A stretch of 64,000 nucleotides of DNA from Alphaproteobacteria bacterium. GTDB lineage: Bacteria; Pseudomonadota; Alphaproteobacteria; SHVV01. The notes below the pieces were generated by a model that saw only the letters and a list, made by a program, of their open reading frames with translations, did not search any database and was not told the origin of the DNA. The stretch covers positions 640,001-704,000 of the forward strand of contig OZ253470.1 of NCBI GenBank assembly GCA_965261735.1, read 5' to 3'. Shown here one piece after another: positions 31,686-43,451 of the stretch; within the stretch, counting starts at the first letter, position 1, and each line of letters opens with the position of its first letter. The position numbers and the translations under genes were made by a program.

Positions 31686-32282
31686 CAAGTATGCAAAGCG
31701 GCGTGTTGTTCGGCGCGCAGGTTCGGCGCCGATCGGCGCGCTAACTCTTTGAGATCCCTTGATTCTAGGGGGGTTAAATTTCCGCGCTGAATAACAGGCG
31801 GTCGAGGACGGCGTCCGCGATCATGGGTTGGCCTGTGCTGCCGGACCGGCTTCATCGCCCGGCGGTCCGCTAAGGACCTGGCGCCGTTCCGGGGACGTGG
31901 CAGTATGGAGCCGGGCGTCGCATGCGGCGTCCTGGGGCGGCGGCTCATGTGACCGAAGCATTCCCCCCAGGTGGAGCTTCCTAAAACGGGTGCCAGCCCG
32001 TCCCATGACCCGGTGCTCCCCGGCCACCGCCCTCATCCCGGCTTTCGCTCGCGGTCTGTATTTGGCGGCCTCGGTCTCGGGTGCAGGCTCTCATGGGTCC
32101 CCCAGTAGCCCGCTTCGGTCCAATATCGTCCTGGTGCCGCCCATCCGATGGGATGGACCCCGCCCTTCATAGCGGCCTTTCGCGTCGACGATATGTCGGC
32201 TTGCCAAGCCGACATCAGCGCGGCGGGCACCTCCCGCCTCTCGTGAGGTCTTGGCTGTCTTGCCAGCGTTGCGTGGGCATGG

Positions 32283-32672
32283 TCAGGCCGCCTCGGCGCG
32301 TCGGACCGTCGCGGCGTCGAAGCCGTTGCGCTCCAACTCCTCGGGGCTGAGCTCAGGGATGATGTCGATCACGGCTTGCACATAGCCGCCGGCGAGATCC
32401 CATTCGTCGGCCGCGATTTCCTCGGGCGTCTTCTGCCACGGCATAGGATGCGGGTCGGCCCTCGCGAGATCGATAGCCCCCGCCGTGGTCCGCCGTGACG
32501 CAGCGATCAGCCGGTCGATGTACCGGACTCCCAAAACGGCCACGTGGCCGTTTTGAACGCCCGCCATGGCGAAGGCAAGCATCCGGCGCGCCGAGCGTTG
32601 GGGGATGCCGGCGACGTCCGACAATAGTGATTCGCACCTTTCGGCCGACCATAATTCCGTAAATTCGACCAT
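32283..32672 (-). CDS. Hypothetical protein
   Basis: ORF with plausible composition; no motif recognised. Confidence 0.3.
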   Translation of the reverse strand: MVEFTELWSAERCESLLSDVAGIPQRSARRMLAFAMAGVQNGHVAVLGVRYIDRLIAASRRTTAGAIDLARADPHPMPWQKTPEEIAADEWDLAGGYVQAVIDIIPELSPEELERNGFDAATVRRAEAA

Positions 32673-32849
32673 AATTCGGAATTAGATCTCATGATTTCAG
32701 GTACTTGTCCTACGGGACCCAGATTTTAAAACCACAAATTGTGCCATAAATACGGATCGCTTCTTGTAGCGGCATGGAACGGTCCTTTTCGCCCAGATCC
32801 AAAACATTCCGAGCCAACCGAGTTTTTCCTCAAGCGATTGGCAAAGAGA

Positions 32850-34282
32850 GGTCGTGTCCCAGGACGTGGTGTAGGAGTTGTTGGAGCCTCTGTTAGCTGT
32901 GGGTAGGCGGCTTGCCGTAGCGACCGCCGAGAGTCTGGCGTAGGCAAGCCGGCTATCCACAGCGGAGGCCATCGCGGTTCCGGTTTAGGGTTGGGCTAGT
33001 GCAAACCAACCTGACCCGAAGGAGAACCACGATGACCCAGGACATGATGACCCTGCGCGCGCTTTTGGAGAAGAGCTCCGATGCCGATCTGCTTTGCGAG
33101 ATGATCGGCTTCACGGCCGAGCGGCTGATGGCACTGGAGGTTGAGGGCCTGACCGGCGCCGGGCACGGCGAGCGCTCGGCGGATCGTATCACCCATCGCA
33201 ACGGCTACCGCGACCGGTCCTGGGAGACGCGGGCCGGCACGGTCGAGCTGAAGATCCCGAAGCTGAGGAAGGGAAGCTACTTCCCGGGCTTCCTGGAGCC
33301 GCGGCGGATGGCCGAGAAGGCGCTGGCTGCGGTGATCCAGGAGGCCTACATCCAGGGGGTGTCGACCCGCTCGGTCGACGATCTGGTTCAGGCGATGGGG
33401 ATGTCGGGCGCCTCCAAGAGCCAGGTCTCCAGGCTGTGCGGCGAGATCGACGATAAGGTCACCGGCTTCCTCGATCGACCGCTGGAGGGCGACTGGCCCT
33501 ATCTGTGGCTCGACGCCACCTACGTGAAGGTGCGCCAGACCGGACGCATCGTCTCGGTCGCGGTGACCGTGGCTGTGGCCGTCAACGACCAAGGCCGCCG
33601 CGAGGTCCTGGGCGTGGCGATCGGCGCGTCGGAGGCCGAGACCTTCTGGACCGAGTTCCTGCGCTCGCTGGCCCGGCGCGGGCTGCGCGGCGTGAAGCTG
33701 GTGATCTCCGACGCCCACAAGGGCCTGAAGGCCGCCGCGACCCGGATCCTCGGCGCCACATGGCAGCGCTGCCGCGTGCACTTCGCCCGCAACCTGCTGG
33801 CCCATGCCGGCCGCCAGGGCCGGCGCGTCGTCTCCGCCTTCGCCCAGGAGACGCCGACAGCGCGAAGGTCCAGTGGCGCCAGGTCGCCGACCAGCTCAGG
33901 CCCAAGGTGCCCAAGCTGGCAGTTCTCATGGACGAAGCCGAGCACGACGTCCTCGCCTACATGAGCTTCCCCAGGGAGCACCGCCAGAAATTGCACTCCA
34001 CAAACCCGATCGAACGGCTCCATGCCGAGGTCAAGCGTCGCACCAACGTCGTCGGTATCTTTCCCAACGAAGCCGCCATCACACGGCTCGTCGGCGCCAT
34101 CCTTCTCGAGCAGAACGACGAGTGGGCCGTCTCAAGGAGATACATGACGCTGGAATCCATCGCTCCGCTGAGCGATGGTGTCCCCATCACGCTGCCCACC
34201 GTGGCAGCCTGAACGTCCCGGCCCTACCCGCCGGGAGCCGCGTAGAGCGCAACGCTCTTACACCACTCCGCGGGACACGATC
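32850..34282 (+). mobile_element. IS256-family element type 2, frameshift near 33848
   Basis: IR G(G/A)TCGTGTCCC; 8-bp TSD CAAAGAGA; [32 protein letters not shown]. Confidence 0.95.
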
Positions 34283-34415
34283 CAAAGAGAGCACAGGCGA
34301 TGCTTCCGCGCCCCTCAAGCAAGGGGAGATGAGATCCTGCACAGTCGCCCTAAGAGATCTCGTTCGCCTTTTGGCGCGCCAGGCCGCGCGCGAGGCCACT
34401 TTAGCTTCATCCATC

Positions 34416-34523
34416 CTTGCCTATCCGGTTTACACCCACACCCACTAGGGCTAGAATGGGCGCAAACCGGATATAGGGGAGCGCGCCATGGATGTTCTCG
34501 ACCGCGCCGATCTCCCATTCCCG
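34416..34523 (+). mobile_element. IS1595 left-end fragment
   Basis: CTTGCCTATCCGGTTTACACCCACACCC... through MDVLDRADLPFP. Confidence 0.9.
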
Positions 34524-35145
34524 CGTTCGCCTACGCCGCCCGCTCCTGGAGCCGCCAGCGCCGGGTCGTCGCCCGGCTGGAGGCGACCGCGCGGGGCTTC
34601 GCCGCCCGCTACATCGTCACCTCGCTCGGTGGCGAGCCCCGACATCTCTATGAAGGTATCTACTGCGCCCGCGGCCAGGCCGAGAACCTCATCAAGCTGC
34701 ACAAGGGCCAGCTCGCCTCCGACCGGACCTCCTGCCAGAGCCCGCTCGCCAACCAGTTCCGCCTCGTCCTGCACACCGCGGCCTACTGGCTCATGCTCGC
34801 CCTGCGCGATGCCGTGCCCCGCCGGATGCCGCTTGCCTGGGCCGAGTTCGCGACCCTCAGGAAAAGCCTGCTCAAGATCGGCGCCCGCGTCGTCGAAAAG
34901 GCCGCCCGCATCCGCATCCACTTCGCTTCGGCCTGTCCGGATGCCGCCCTGTTCCGCCTGCTGGCCGGGCGCCTCGCCGCCGCGGGCCCCTGATCGCCGG
35001 GGCGCCGTGCCCCGCCAACCCGAGCCCATTCAACCCCAAACCCCGACACCGCCAACCTCAAATCCCGGCACCGCAAGGCGCCGAACACAAACCTTCGCGC
35101 GCTCAAAATCAACCGATAAACTCTGCCTCCGATGAATAAGTCAGG
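34524..35145 (+). mobile_element. IS1380-family 3' fragment with right end
   Basis: YCARGQAENLIK, DRTSC, ANQFRL, LLKIGARV; end GATGAATAAGTCAGG. Confidence 0.85.
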
Positions 35146-35149
35146 CTAG

Positions 35150-35610
35150 TTACGCGCTCGGCGTGCGGCACATACTTGAAGGAAGTGTGCGCAAAGCCGG
35201 TAATCGCGTTCGGATCACCGCCCAATTGGTCGATGGGACAAGCGGCGGACATCTTTGGGCCGAACGCTACGACCATGATCTCAAAGACATTTTTGCGGTG
35301 CAGGACGACGTTAACCAGCAAATCGTTTCCGCCCTTGAGGTAGAACTGAAGGCGGGAGAGGACAAGCGGTTGGTTGAGCACGAAACCGATGACGTGGTCT
35401 GTTACGACTTTTTGTTGCGCGGCCGCGAGCTGCCCGGACGCGCTAGTCCGCCGCATCGAGCAGGCGAGCCAGTACGTACCGCTCGAACGCCTGGCGCTCA
35501 GCCCCCAGTGCGAGTTCGCGACCTCGATCGTTGGCAACCGGCTGTCGATCAACGACCAGAGGTGCAAGCTCGAGGTCATGTGCCAAACCGCCCGCAAGGT
35601 ATGGGGTTAG
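35150..35610 (+). pseudogene. Fused fragments: TolB-like/adenylate-cyclase-associated domain then C-terminus of cobalamin-independent methionine synthase II family
   Basis: LEGSVRKAGNRVRITAQLVD...LWAERYD; PLERLALSPQCEFAT...ARKVWG. Confidence 0.75.
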
Positions 35611-35694
35611 GGCGCGCCGACGCCGATCATTCGGCGCGACGCGGTGAAGCCGCAGCACGTCAGGGCGTTGATGGCCTTTTTGAAGGTCTCAATC

Positions 35695-37329
35695 GGGTGC
35701 GAGTCTCGCATGGCAGTGATGTCTGCGGCTTGGTTCGTTGAGTTCAGGCAGCGATTGCCATGGCTGCTGCACGTGGACTGATGTTGTCGTTGGCCGGTGT
35801 GTCGGTTGCGCTGATCAGGGCCTTCCATGCGCGCTCGAAGCGGCCGGATTTGATCAGGGCGCGGAAGGTCAGAACAGCCTGTCCGCCGACGATCCGCCAG
35901 CGCATGCCGGAGCGCTTCATGCGCTGTGTCACCAGGGTCTTGTTGGCAGCCTCGACCACGCCTGAGCCGATGGCGATGCCCTCTTCCTTCAGGGCGTGGT
36001 AGCGCATGCGATGGCGATGCTTGCGGAAGAAGGCGAGTTCCCGCTCGGTCTCGGCCCGGTCCGGCGCAGCGGCGGCATCGCGAAGGTGGCGCAGCGCCCG
36101 GATCACCTTGGCGACGCCACGGGGATCGTGACGGATGGATCTCGCGGCACTTCTCGAACCAGCCGGGCGCCACGGCATGGTCAGACGCGGTTTGCAGATG
36201 TTCGCAAGCATGCCAGAAGTCGATCACCTCGGTTTCGGGCGACAGGGTCTCCAGGAAGGTCCAGTTGTCGGCGGCGCCATCGGCGATAGCGACGATCCCG
36301 ATCTCGGGGCGTGCTCGCCTGATGTGTGCGACTTCGCTTGCAAGCTGCGCCTTCAGCGTGAGCTTGCCGCTCTCCGGCATGGGGCCGAGATAGAGGGTCT
36401 TCAGGCGCTTGCCCTCGGCGTCGTGGAAGGAGACCGTGCCGCAGGCGGCCTCGCGCCAGGAGGCCTTGGCGCGACCGTCCTCGCCGGGTCTCAGCGGCAC
36501 CATGACGCCGTCGAGGGAGACCGAGGCGGTGGTCGCGTCCTGCGGTATGCCCTCGGCCTCACGGATGCTGCCCAGCGTCTCCGGGCCGAGGCTCTCCCAG
36601 CATTCGTGCATGCTCAGGGTCAGGCGCTCACCGACGGCGTCATGGCGCCGGTCTTCGCAAAGAACGCCGCCGCTTCCCGGGCCGTGCAGCGACCCATCAT
36701 CAGCAGACCGAGCTCGGCCGCCGGCCGCGTCAGGTAATCGTCGACGAGGCCCAGGCTCTCGTCGACCGGCACCGGCGATGCCCCGCTCGCGCCGCTGCGG
36801 TAACGCGCTCGCCGGTAGGCGAGCGAGGTCATGATCGTCTTCGGCGTCACCGCGACCCGGAACCAGCTCTGCCCGTCCCGCTCGATCCGGGAAGCGCCAT
36901 CGTCCCGGTTCTCGATGACGGCGCCCATGACATCGCGAGCGAACTCGTTCGTGGCCTCACGCACCCGCAACTCGACCTCCTCGGGCGCCTCGGGGCGCGG
37001 CTCGGAACGAAGCTCCTCGCGACACAGTGCGAGCACCCGGGCGACCGCCTCGACGACCCGAGGAGGCAGGCCGGAAAGATCGATGGACGAAGGCGCCGGA
37101 GGCGGGGATACTGCCATGGGAATGCTCCCGATGTTGGGTTTCGAGACACGGCATCGTACCGCTTCTGGCGGTGCGGAGCGTTCCCACCTTCCCCTGCTCG
37201 ACCCTGCCGTCGTGACAAAATCCTGCCTTGGGGCGGCCCATTGTCACGAATAGCCGTTTTCGGCCGTTCGTCTCGACACAAAAACGCACTAAATCAATGA
37301 CTTGGATTTTCCATACCAGACCCACACCC
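35695..37329 (-). mobile_element. ISKra4/ISLre2-like element with frameshifted transposase
   Basis: IR GGGTG(C/T)G(A/G)GTCT; SLDGV, ADGAADNW, DFWHACEHL, IGSGVVEAANK...RMKRSGMRW. Confidence 0.8.
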
Positions 37330-37929
37330 AGCCGCCACCGCGTTGGCCAGCGCCACCGTCGTCAGCGGGATGGTCGCGACCGGGGTTCCCAGGCTCAGGT
37401 TGATGATCTGGGCGCCGTTGGCAACCGCGTGGTTGACGCTGTTGGCGATGGCGGCGTCGGTGAAGGTTCCGCCGGTACCCTCGGTCTCGGCGCGGATGGC
37501 GAGAATAGTGGCGTTGAAGGCGACGCCGTGGGTCGCGACGCTGTTGCGGCGTGCGGCCGCGACCCCGGCAACGGCGGTGCCGTGCCCGTTGACGTCCTGC
37601 AGGCTCGCCCCGTTGGGCGAGAAGTTGGCGCTCGCGGCGGCAATGGCGCCCGCGAACTCGGCATTGGCGACGTCGATCCCGGTGTCGATGACGGCGATCG
37701 TAACGCCGGTCCCGGAAAAGCCGGCCTTATAGGCGCCGAGGGCGTTGATGGTGCCAAGCGCGAAGTTGGCCTGGAACTCGGCGGTGTTGAAGACCGCCGC
37801 GAGGCCGCCGCCGCTACCGCCGCCACCCCCGCAGCCGGCGAGGAGGAGCGCGGCGAAAACGATCGCGCGGGCGCGCCACGGCGGCGCACACAACGGCCCG
37901 GCGCCGCGAATGCGCGTAGTTGCGCTCAC
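37330..37929 (-). pseudogene. S8 subtilase lipoprotein, N-terminal part truncated by IS
   Basis: Lipobox LLAGC, IAVIDTG, GHGTAVAG, INLSLG; catalytic Ser absent. Confidence 0.85.
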
Positions 37930-38079
37930 CCCAATTCCCCCTACCTCCTATGATTGCAGGACATACGGAAAACGCTCGTCGTCGCGGAATCTCCCTCGCG
38001 CCCGCTGTGCGTCGGTGCCGGGCGGAGTGTTGCGTATATACTGGAGTCGGCGGGGCGCAACGGGACGTCAGGCAGGGTC

Positions 38080-38744
38080 ATGGAGAAGAAGCACCAGCTC
38101 AACATCTGGTACGTCATCATCGCCTTTTTCGGCGTCCTGCTGCTGCAGTATCTGTATACTCAGAGCCAACAGGTCGAGCCGATTCCCTATAGCGAGTTCC
38201 AGCGCTATCTCGAGGCCGGCGACATCTCCGAGATCGTCGTCAGCAAGAACTTCATTCGCGGCACCCTGAGCGAGCCTCTGGCCGACGGCAAGACGCAGTT
38301 CGTGACCACGCGGGTCGATCCGGGCCTGGCCGATGAACTGACGAAGTACGGCGTCCGCTACTCGGCCCAGGTCGAGCAAACCTTCCTGCGCGACCTGTTG
38401 TCCTGGATCCTGCCGGTCCTCATCTTCGTCGGCGTCTGGTACTTCCTGTTCCGGCGCATCGCCGAGAAGCAAGGACTCGGCGGCGGCTTCATGACCGTCG
38501 GCAAGAGCAAGGCCAAGGTCTACATGGAGCGCGACACCGCGGTCACCTTCGACGACGTCGCCGGCGTCGACGAGGCCAAGGTCGAGCTGGTCGAGATCGT
38601 GACCTTCCTGAAGGAGCCCGAGGCCTACGGGCGGCTCGGCGCGCGGGTGCCCAAGGGCGTGCTCCTGGTCGGACCCCCGGGCACCGGCAAGACGCTGCTC
38701 GCGCGCGCGGTCGCGGGTGAGGCGAGGGTGCCGTTCTTTTCGAT
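38080..38744 (+). pseudogene. ftsH: FtsH protease paralogue, truncated after Walker A
   Basis: Two TM segments, [38 protein letters not shown], cut at PFFS. Confidence 0.9.
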
Positions 38745-38778
38745 GGGGATTATATACCGGAGTCACAATTCGGGCGCA

Positions 38779-38940
38779 TCAGTCATCCTTGATGGTTTTA
38801 ACGGCCATGAGCTGAAGTGCCACCCGCGCAAGTTCTTCGGGCGTCGTGTCGATGGTAGCGTCTTCCTCTAGCTCGGCCTTGCTCGGTTGGTAGGTCGCGG
38901 GACGCACCCACAGATCAGGTTTGGTCTTCGGTTTGGTCAT
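38779..38940 (-). CDS. Small hypothetical protein (53 aa)
   Basis: GGGAGG RBS; MTKPK...[23 protein letters not shown]. Confidence 0.55.
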   Translation of the reverse strand: MTKPKTKPDLWVRPATYQPSKAELEEDATIDTTPEELARVALQLMAVKTIKDD

Positions 38941-38951
38941 GGTCTTCCTCC

Positions 38952-40780
38952 CTATGCCGCACGCGGCAATTGCAGCTTGGCGATCAAATATTCCATGCCC
39001 CGGTCGCCCTTCACACGGTTGCAGTGCCCACAAAGCAGTTGCAGGTTGTCGATGTGATCGGCGCCGCCCTTCTGTCGGGCAATGATGTGATCAATCTCCA
39101 GGTGCCTCATCTCAAAATGACTGTCGCAGCCTCGACAGTGCCCGCCTTGCTCGCCATAGAGCAGCTTGCGGTTGCGCAGATCGTTGTAGCGGATGATCTG
39201 GCCCAGATCGGTTCGCCGGGGGATGTCATCACGATGCGCTCCTGCAAAGAACAATCCCAACTCATCGCGCATCCTGATCTGAACCAACTCGGCCGCCTTC
39301 GGCGAGATGTCGATCCCTACCCATTCTCGTTGCAGCTCTTCCGCCGCGATGCAGGCTGTTGCACATCCGCAAAAGGGGTCCAGAACAATATCTCCCTCAT
39401 TGGAACTGGCCTCTATTACACGGCGTACTAGATTTAGGGGCTTCTGTGTCGGGTAGCCCGTTCGCTCTTTGGCTCGCGGATTGATCGGCGAAATATCTGA
39501 CCACAGATCGGCCACAGCTTGTCCCGGCATTTCGTCCAAGGATCGCTTCAACTGCGCGACCCTGCTCTTTGTATATATCCTTCCTTCCGCATCTAGCTTC
39601 CTTGCCTATCCGGTTAACGCCCATGACCGCTACATGTAGGGTGCCGCCACTCTCCCGAGTAAAGCTCGGCATAGGTTGGAGCAGAGGTGTCGCCCGCGAT
39701 GCCGAGCAATGAGCGGAAGGCGTTGAACGGGTAGAACCGCCTGTTGAAGCGGAAGGTGAACTCGTTGAGGTAGGCTTGTAGGTGCTGGTGGCTAACGCCG
39801 TGGTGGATACCGATCAGCCACGTCTTCAGGTTGGCGAAAACCAGATGGATGATCGGCAGGTATTGCTCGGCAACCTCTGGATCACCACACTCGGCAACAG
39901 CGAAGTGCTCATAGCCGCGCTTCCCGAGGCCAGCATAGCCGCTCCAATCGTCAGTAACGATCAGCGATCGCGGCGCGACGGTGCTCTCGACGAACCCACA
40001 GAGCGACTCGGCGCTACGGTCGAGCACGACGGCGAGCCGAACGCGTCCGGCATAGCGTCCGTCTTTCCGGTTGTCGAGCTTGGTGCCCGGCTTTCGATGA
40101 CGCACCTCGATGGCACAGGAGACGGGAACCTTGTGGTGAACACCACGGCCTTCCCCACGCGTTCGCCCGCCAACCCAGGTTTCGTCCACCTCAACATGGT
40201 TCTTGGGCTGTCCACCGATCCTGTCTTGGTTGGGCCGCACCATGCCCGAGCGGAGCTTGTGGAGAATTTGAAAGGCCGTCTCGTAGCGCGAAAGACCAAG
40301 TTGCCGCTGAAACTGCACGGCGGACATGCCGGGCGTCTGACTGGCGACCAGATAAGCGGCCCAGAACCAGACGTTCAGCGGAGTGTGGCTACGCTCCATC
40401 ACTGTTCCCACCGTCAGCCCGGTGTTCTGGCGGCACTTGCGGCAGCGCAGGACGCCAGGGCGGTTTTCAAAGTGGAACGGCTCTCCCGCCGTGCCGCAGT
40501 GCGGGCAGGCAAAGCCGTCTCCCCAGCGGGCTTTCTCCAGGTAGGCGGCGCAGGCCGCATCATCGGGGAAAAGTCGCTGGAACTCGGGTAGCGAATGCGG
40601 GAATGGGAGATCGGCGCGGTCGAGAACATCCATGGCGCGCTCCCCTATATCCGGGTTGCGCCCATTCTAGCCCTAGTGGGTGTGGGTGTAAACCGGATAG
40701 GTAAGCTAGCTTCTTCATTTTGTCTTCGGTAAGACGCCACGGTTTGGTGACTCCGTGGAAGTCATAGACAGGCCCACGCC
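38952..40780 (-). pseudogene. Beta-class N6/N4 DNA methyltransferase fused to a C-terminal HNH endonuclease, split by IS1595 and 5'-truncated by IS256
   Basis: GYPTQKP, VLDPFCGCAT, GIDIS; HNH CRGC...IDHIIAR..GG...NLQLLCGHCN; frame continues across the IS (YDFHGVTKPWRLTEDKMKKL|DAEGRIY). Confidence 0.85.
39601..40705 (-). mobile_element. IS1595-family (ISSod11-type ends) element with intact transposase 39614-40633
   Basis: 1105 bp; 8-bp TSD CTAGCTTC; zinc ribbon, VEVDET, TDDW, YLNEFTFRFNRR. Confidence 0.96.
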
Positions 40781-42214
40781 GATCGTGTCCCGCGGAGTGG
40801 TGTAAGAGCGTTGCGCTCTACGCGGCTCCCGGCGGGTAGGGCCGGGACGTTCAGGCTGCCACGGTGGGCAGCGTGATGGGGACACCATCGCTCAGCGGAG
40901 CGATGGATTCCAGCGTCATGTATCTCCTTGAGACGGCCCACTCGTCGTTCTGCTCGAGAAGGATGGCGCCGACGAGCCGTGTGATGGCGGCTTCGTTGGG
41001 AAAGATACCGACGACGTTGGTGCGACGCTTGACCTCGGCATGGAGCCGTTCGATCGGGTTTGTGGAGTGCAATTTCTGGCGGTGCTCCCTGGGGAAGCTC
41101 ATGTAGGCGAGGACGTCGTGCTCGGCTTCGTCCATGAGAACTGCCAGCTTGGGCACCTTGGGCCTGAGCTGGTCGGCGACCTGGCGCCACTGGACCTTCG
41201 CGCTGTCGGCGTCCTCCTGGGCGAAGGCGGAGACGACGCGCCGGCCCTGGCGGCCGGCATGGGCCAGCAGGTTGCGGGCGAAGTGCACGCGGCAGCGCTG
41301 CCATGTGGCGCCGAGGATCCGGGTCGCGGCGGCCTTCAGGCCCTTGTGGTCGTCGGAGATCACCAGCTTCACGCCGCGCAGCCCGCGCCGGGCCAGCGAG
41401 CGCAGGAACTCGGTCCAGAAGGTCTCGGCCTCCGACGCGCCGATCGCCACGCCCAGGACCTCGCGGCGGCCTTGGTCGTTGACGGCCACAGCCACGGTCA
41501 CCGCGACCGAGACGATGCGTCCGGTCTGGCGCACCTTCACGTAGGTGGCGTCGAGCCACAGATAGGGCCAGTCGCCCTCCAGCGGTCGATCGAGGAAGCC
41601 GGTGACCTTATCGTCGATCTCGCCGCACAGCCTGGAGACCTGGCTCTTGGAGGCGCCCGACATCCCCATCGCCTGAACCAGATCGTCGACCGAGCGGGTC
41701 GACACCCCCTGGATGTAGGCCTCCTGGATCACCGCAGCCAGCGCCTTCTCGGCCATCCGCCGCGGCTCCAGGAAGCCCGGGAAGTAGCTTCCCTTCCTCA
41801 GCTTCGGGATCTTCAGCTCGACCGTGCCGGCCCGCGTCTCCCAGGACCGGTCGCGGTAGCCGTTGCGATGGGTGATACGATCCGCCGAGCGCTCGCCGTG
41901 CCCGGCGCCGGTCAGGCCCTCAACCTCCAGTGCCATCAGCCGCTCGGCCGTGAAGCCGATCATCTCGCAAAGCAGATCGGCATCGGAGCTCTTCTCCAAA
42001 AGCGCGCGCAGGGTCATCATGTCCTGGGTCATCGTGGTTCTCCTTCGGGTCAGGTTGGTTTGCACTAGCCCAACCCTAAACCGGAACCGCGATGGCCTCC
42101 GCTGTGGATAGCCGGCTTGCCTACGCCAGACTCTCGGCGGTCGCTACGGCAAGCCGCCTACCCACAGCTACCAGAGGCTCCAACAACTCCTACACCACGT
42201 CCTGGGACACGACC
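40781..42214 (-). mobile_element. IS256-family element type 2, second copy (ORF 40851-42065)
   Basis: Near-identical to 32850-34282, inverted; no TSD. Confidence 0.95.
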
Positions 42215-42548
42215 CGGGCGCCGGCCTCGGCGCGTTTCGGCTCCCTGGTATCAGTGGTGTAGTCGCGCAGAATTTCCGCGACCCGTATGTGGTACGCGGC
42301 GAAGATGTCACCCTTGCCTCGTGCCTGCGCGACTTGGTACTCGGCGGTGTCCTTCCAGGCCCGGACCGCCTCCTCGTCGCGCCAGATCGAGAGCGACACG
42401 TACTTGCTGGGCGTGGTCACGGCGCGAAGCGCTCGACCGAGACGAAACCGTCGACTCGCTCAAGCTCCGGACGAAGCGCCTCGGCAAGGTCGAAGTACGC
42501 CTGATCCCTACCTTCGCGCATCGTCACTTCGAAGACGACTATGATCAT
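42215..42548 (-). pseudogene. Antibiotic biosynthesis monooxygenase (ABM) family, frameshifted
   Basis: MIIVVFEV...DGFVSVERF then SLSIWRDEEAVRAWK...YHIRVAEILRDY in another frame. Confidence 0.8.
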
Positions 42549-42664
42549 CGCTATGCTCCTCGGAACCCGCATTCCGTCGGTGTCCATACCAACCGGTGGT
42601 TTCGCCGCCAGCGTCGGCTACAGGTACGCGGCGCGCGCCGTAGCGCCACCGGCGGGGGATTAGC

Positions 42665-42910
42665 GTGAACATCCTGGTGGGTCTTGTTCGCCTCATCGAC
42701 TTGATCAACGACGCGGTTGGTCGCACCGTTTCGTGGCTCACCGTCTTGATGGTGCTCGTCGTCTTCGCCGTGGTTGTCCTGCGCTACGTGTTCGCGGTGG
42801 GCTGGATCGCGATGCAGGAGATCTACGTTTGGATGCACCGCACCGTGTTCATGCTGGGAGCCAGCTACACGCTGCTCCACGATGGGCACGTGCGCACCGA
42901 CCTCTTCTAA
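42665..42910 (+). pseudogene. TRAP small permease (DctQ) fragment
   Basis: VVVLRYVF, QEIYVWM, GASYTLLHDGHVRTDLF, truncated. Confidence 0.8.
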
Positions 42911-43073
42911 GTGCCTGCAACTGGCGGCCGAGGATGCCGGCCTTGCCGAACGCCGAAACCGCCGTCCACTGCTTGCGGCCCTGTGAGATCGCAGGAGCCG
43001 GGAAACTGGAAGCCGCGGCCGTCGCAGCAACGCCTGCCGCGGCCGTGCGCGTAATGAATCTACGGCGTTTCAT
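42911..43073 (-). pseudogene. Tat-exported TRAP solute receptor N-terminal fragment
   Basis: MKRRRFITRTAAAGVAA...FPAPAISQG. Confidence 0.6.
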
Positions 43074-43451
43074 GGGTGTCTCCCCTAGCTGGGGCGCGAG
43101 TCGGCAACGACGCGCGTTTTCGCCTCGGGCGGGGGCCGAGGTATTGCTAAAGATAGAAGGGCTTCTGGAATGTCGCGACGGAACAAACGCGCGCCCTATG
43201 CTCCCATACGGTGCGCCTCCCTCATCCGTATTGATTCCCAGTTTGTGGCGCGACCCCACCCGTTCTGGCCTCGACAACGGAGTGGGGAACGTGCACACTT
43301 TCGGCGGCATCGGCCCGTTTGGCGGCCGACCAAATGGTTGTCGCTACCGGCGAGGGTGCCGGAGGCAACGGGGGCAATTCCGTCATTGGTTTCGGAGCGG
43401 GCTGCCGCTGCGACGAGGTGGCGTACTCAGAAACGTCCGAGGGAGGTGGTC

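Larger units (their letters stand above)
38745..40780 (-). mobile_element. Remnant of a cargo-carrying IS1595 (ISNwi1-type end) transporter element
   Basis: GGGGATTAT terminus exactly at the ftsH break; lower-GC passenger genes follow. Confidence 0.5.

Noticed and set aside
33840-33860. Programmed frameshift in the IS256 transposase
   Set aside because: The sister copy is a single ORF; this is a 1-bp deletion or a sequencing error
32850-42214. Inversion between the two inverted type-2 IS256 copies
   Set aside because: The first copy retains its matching TSD CAAAGAGA, which an inversion would have split; the second copy's missing TSD is better explained by adjacent deletion
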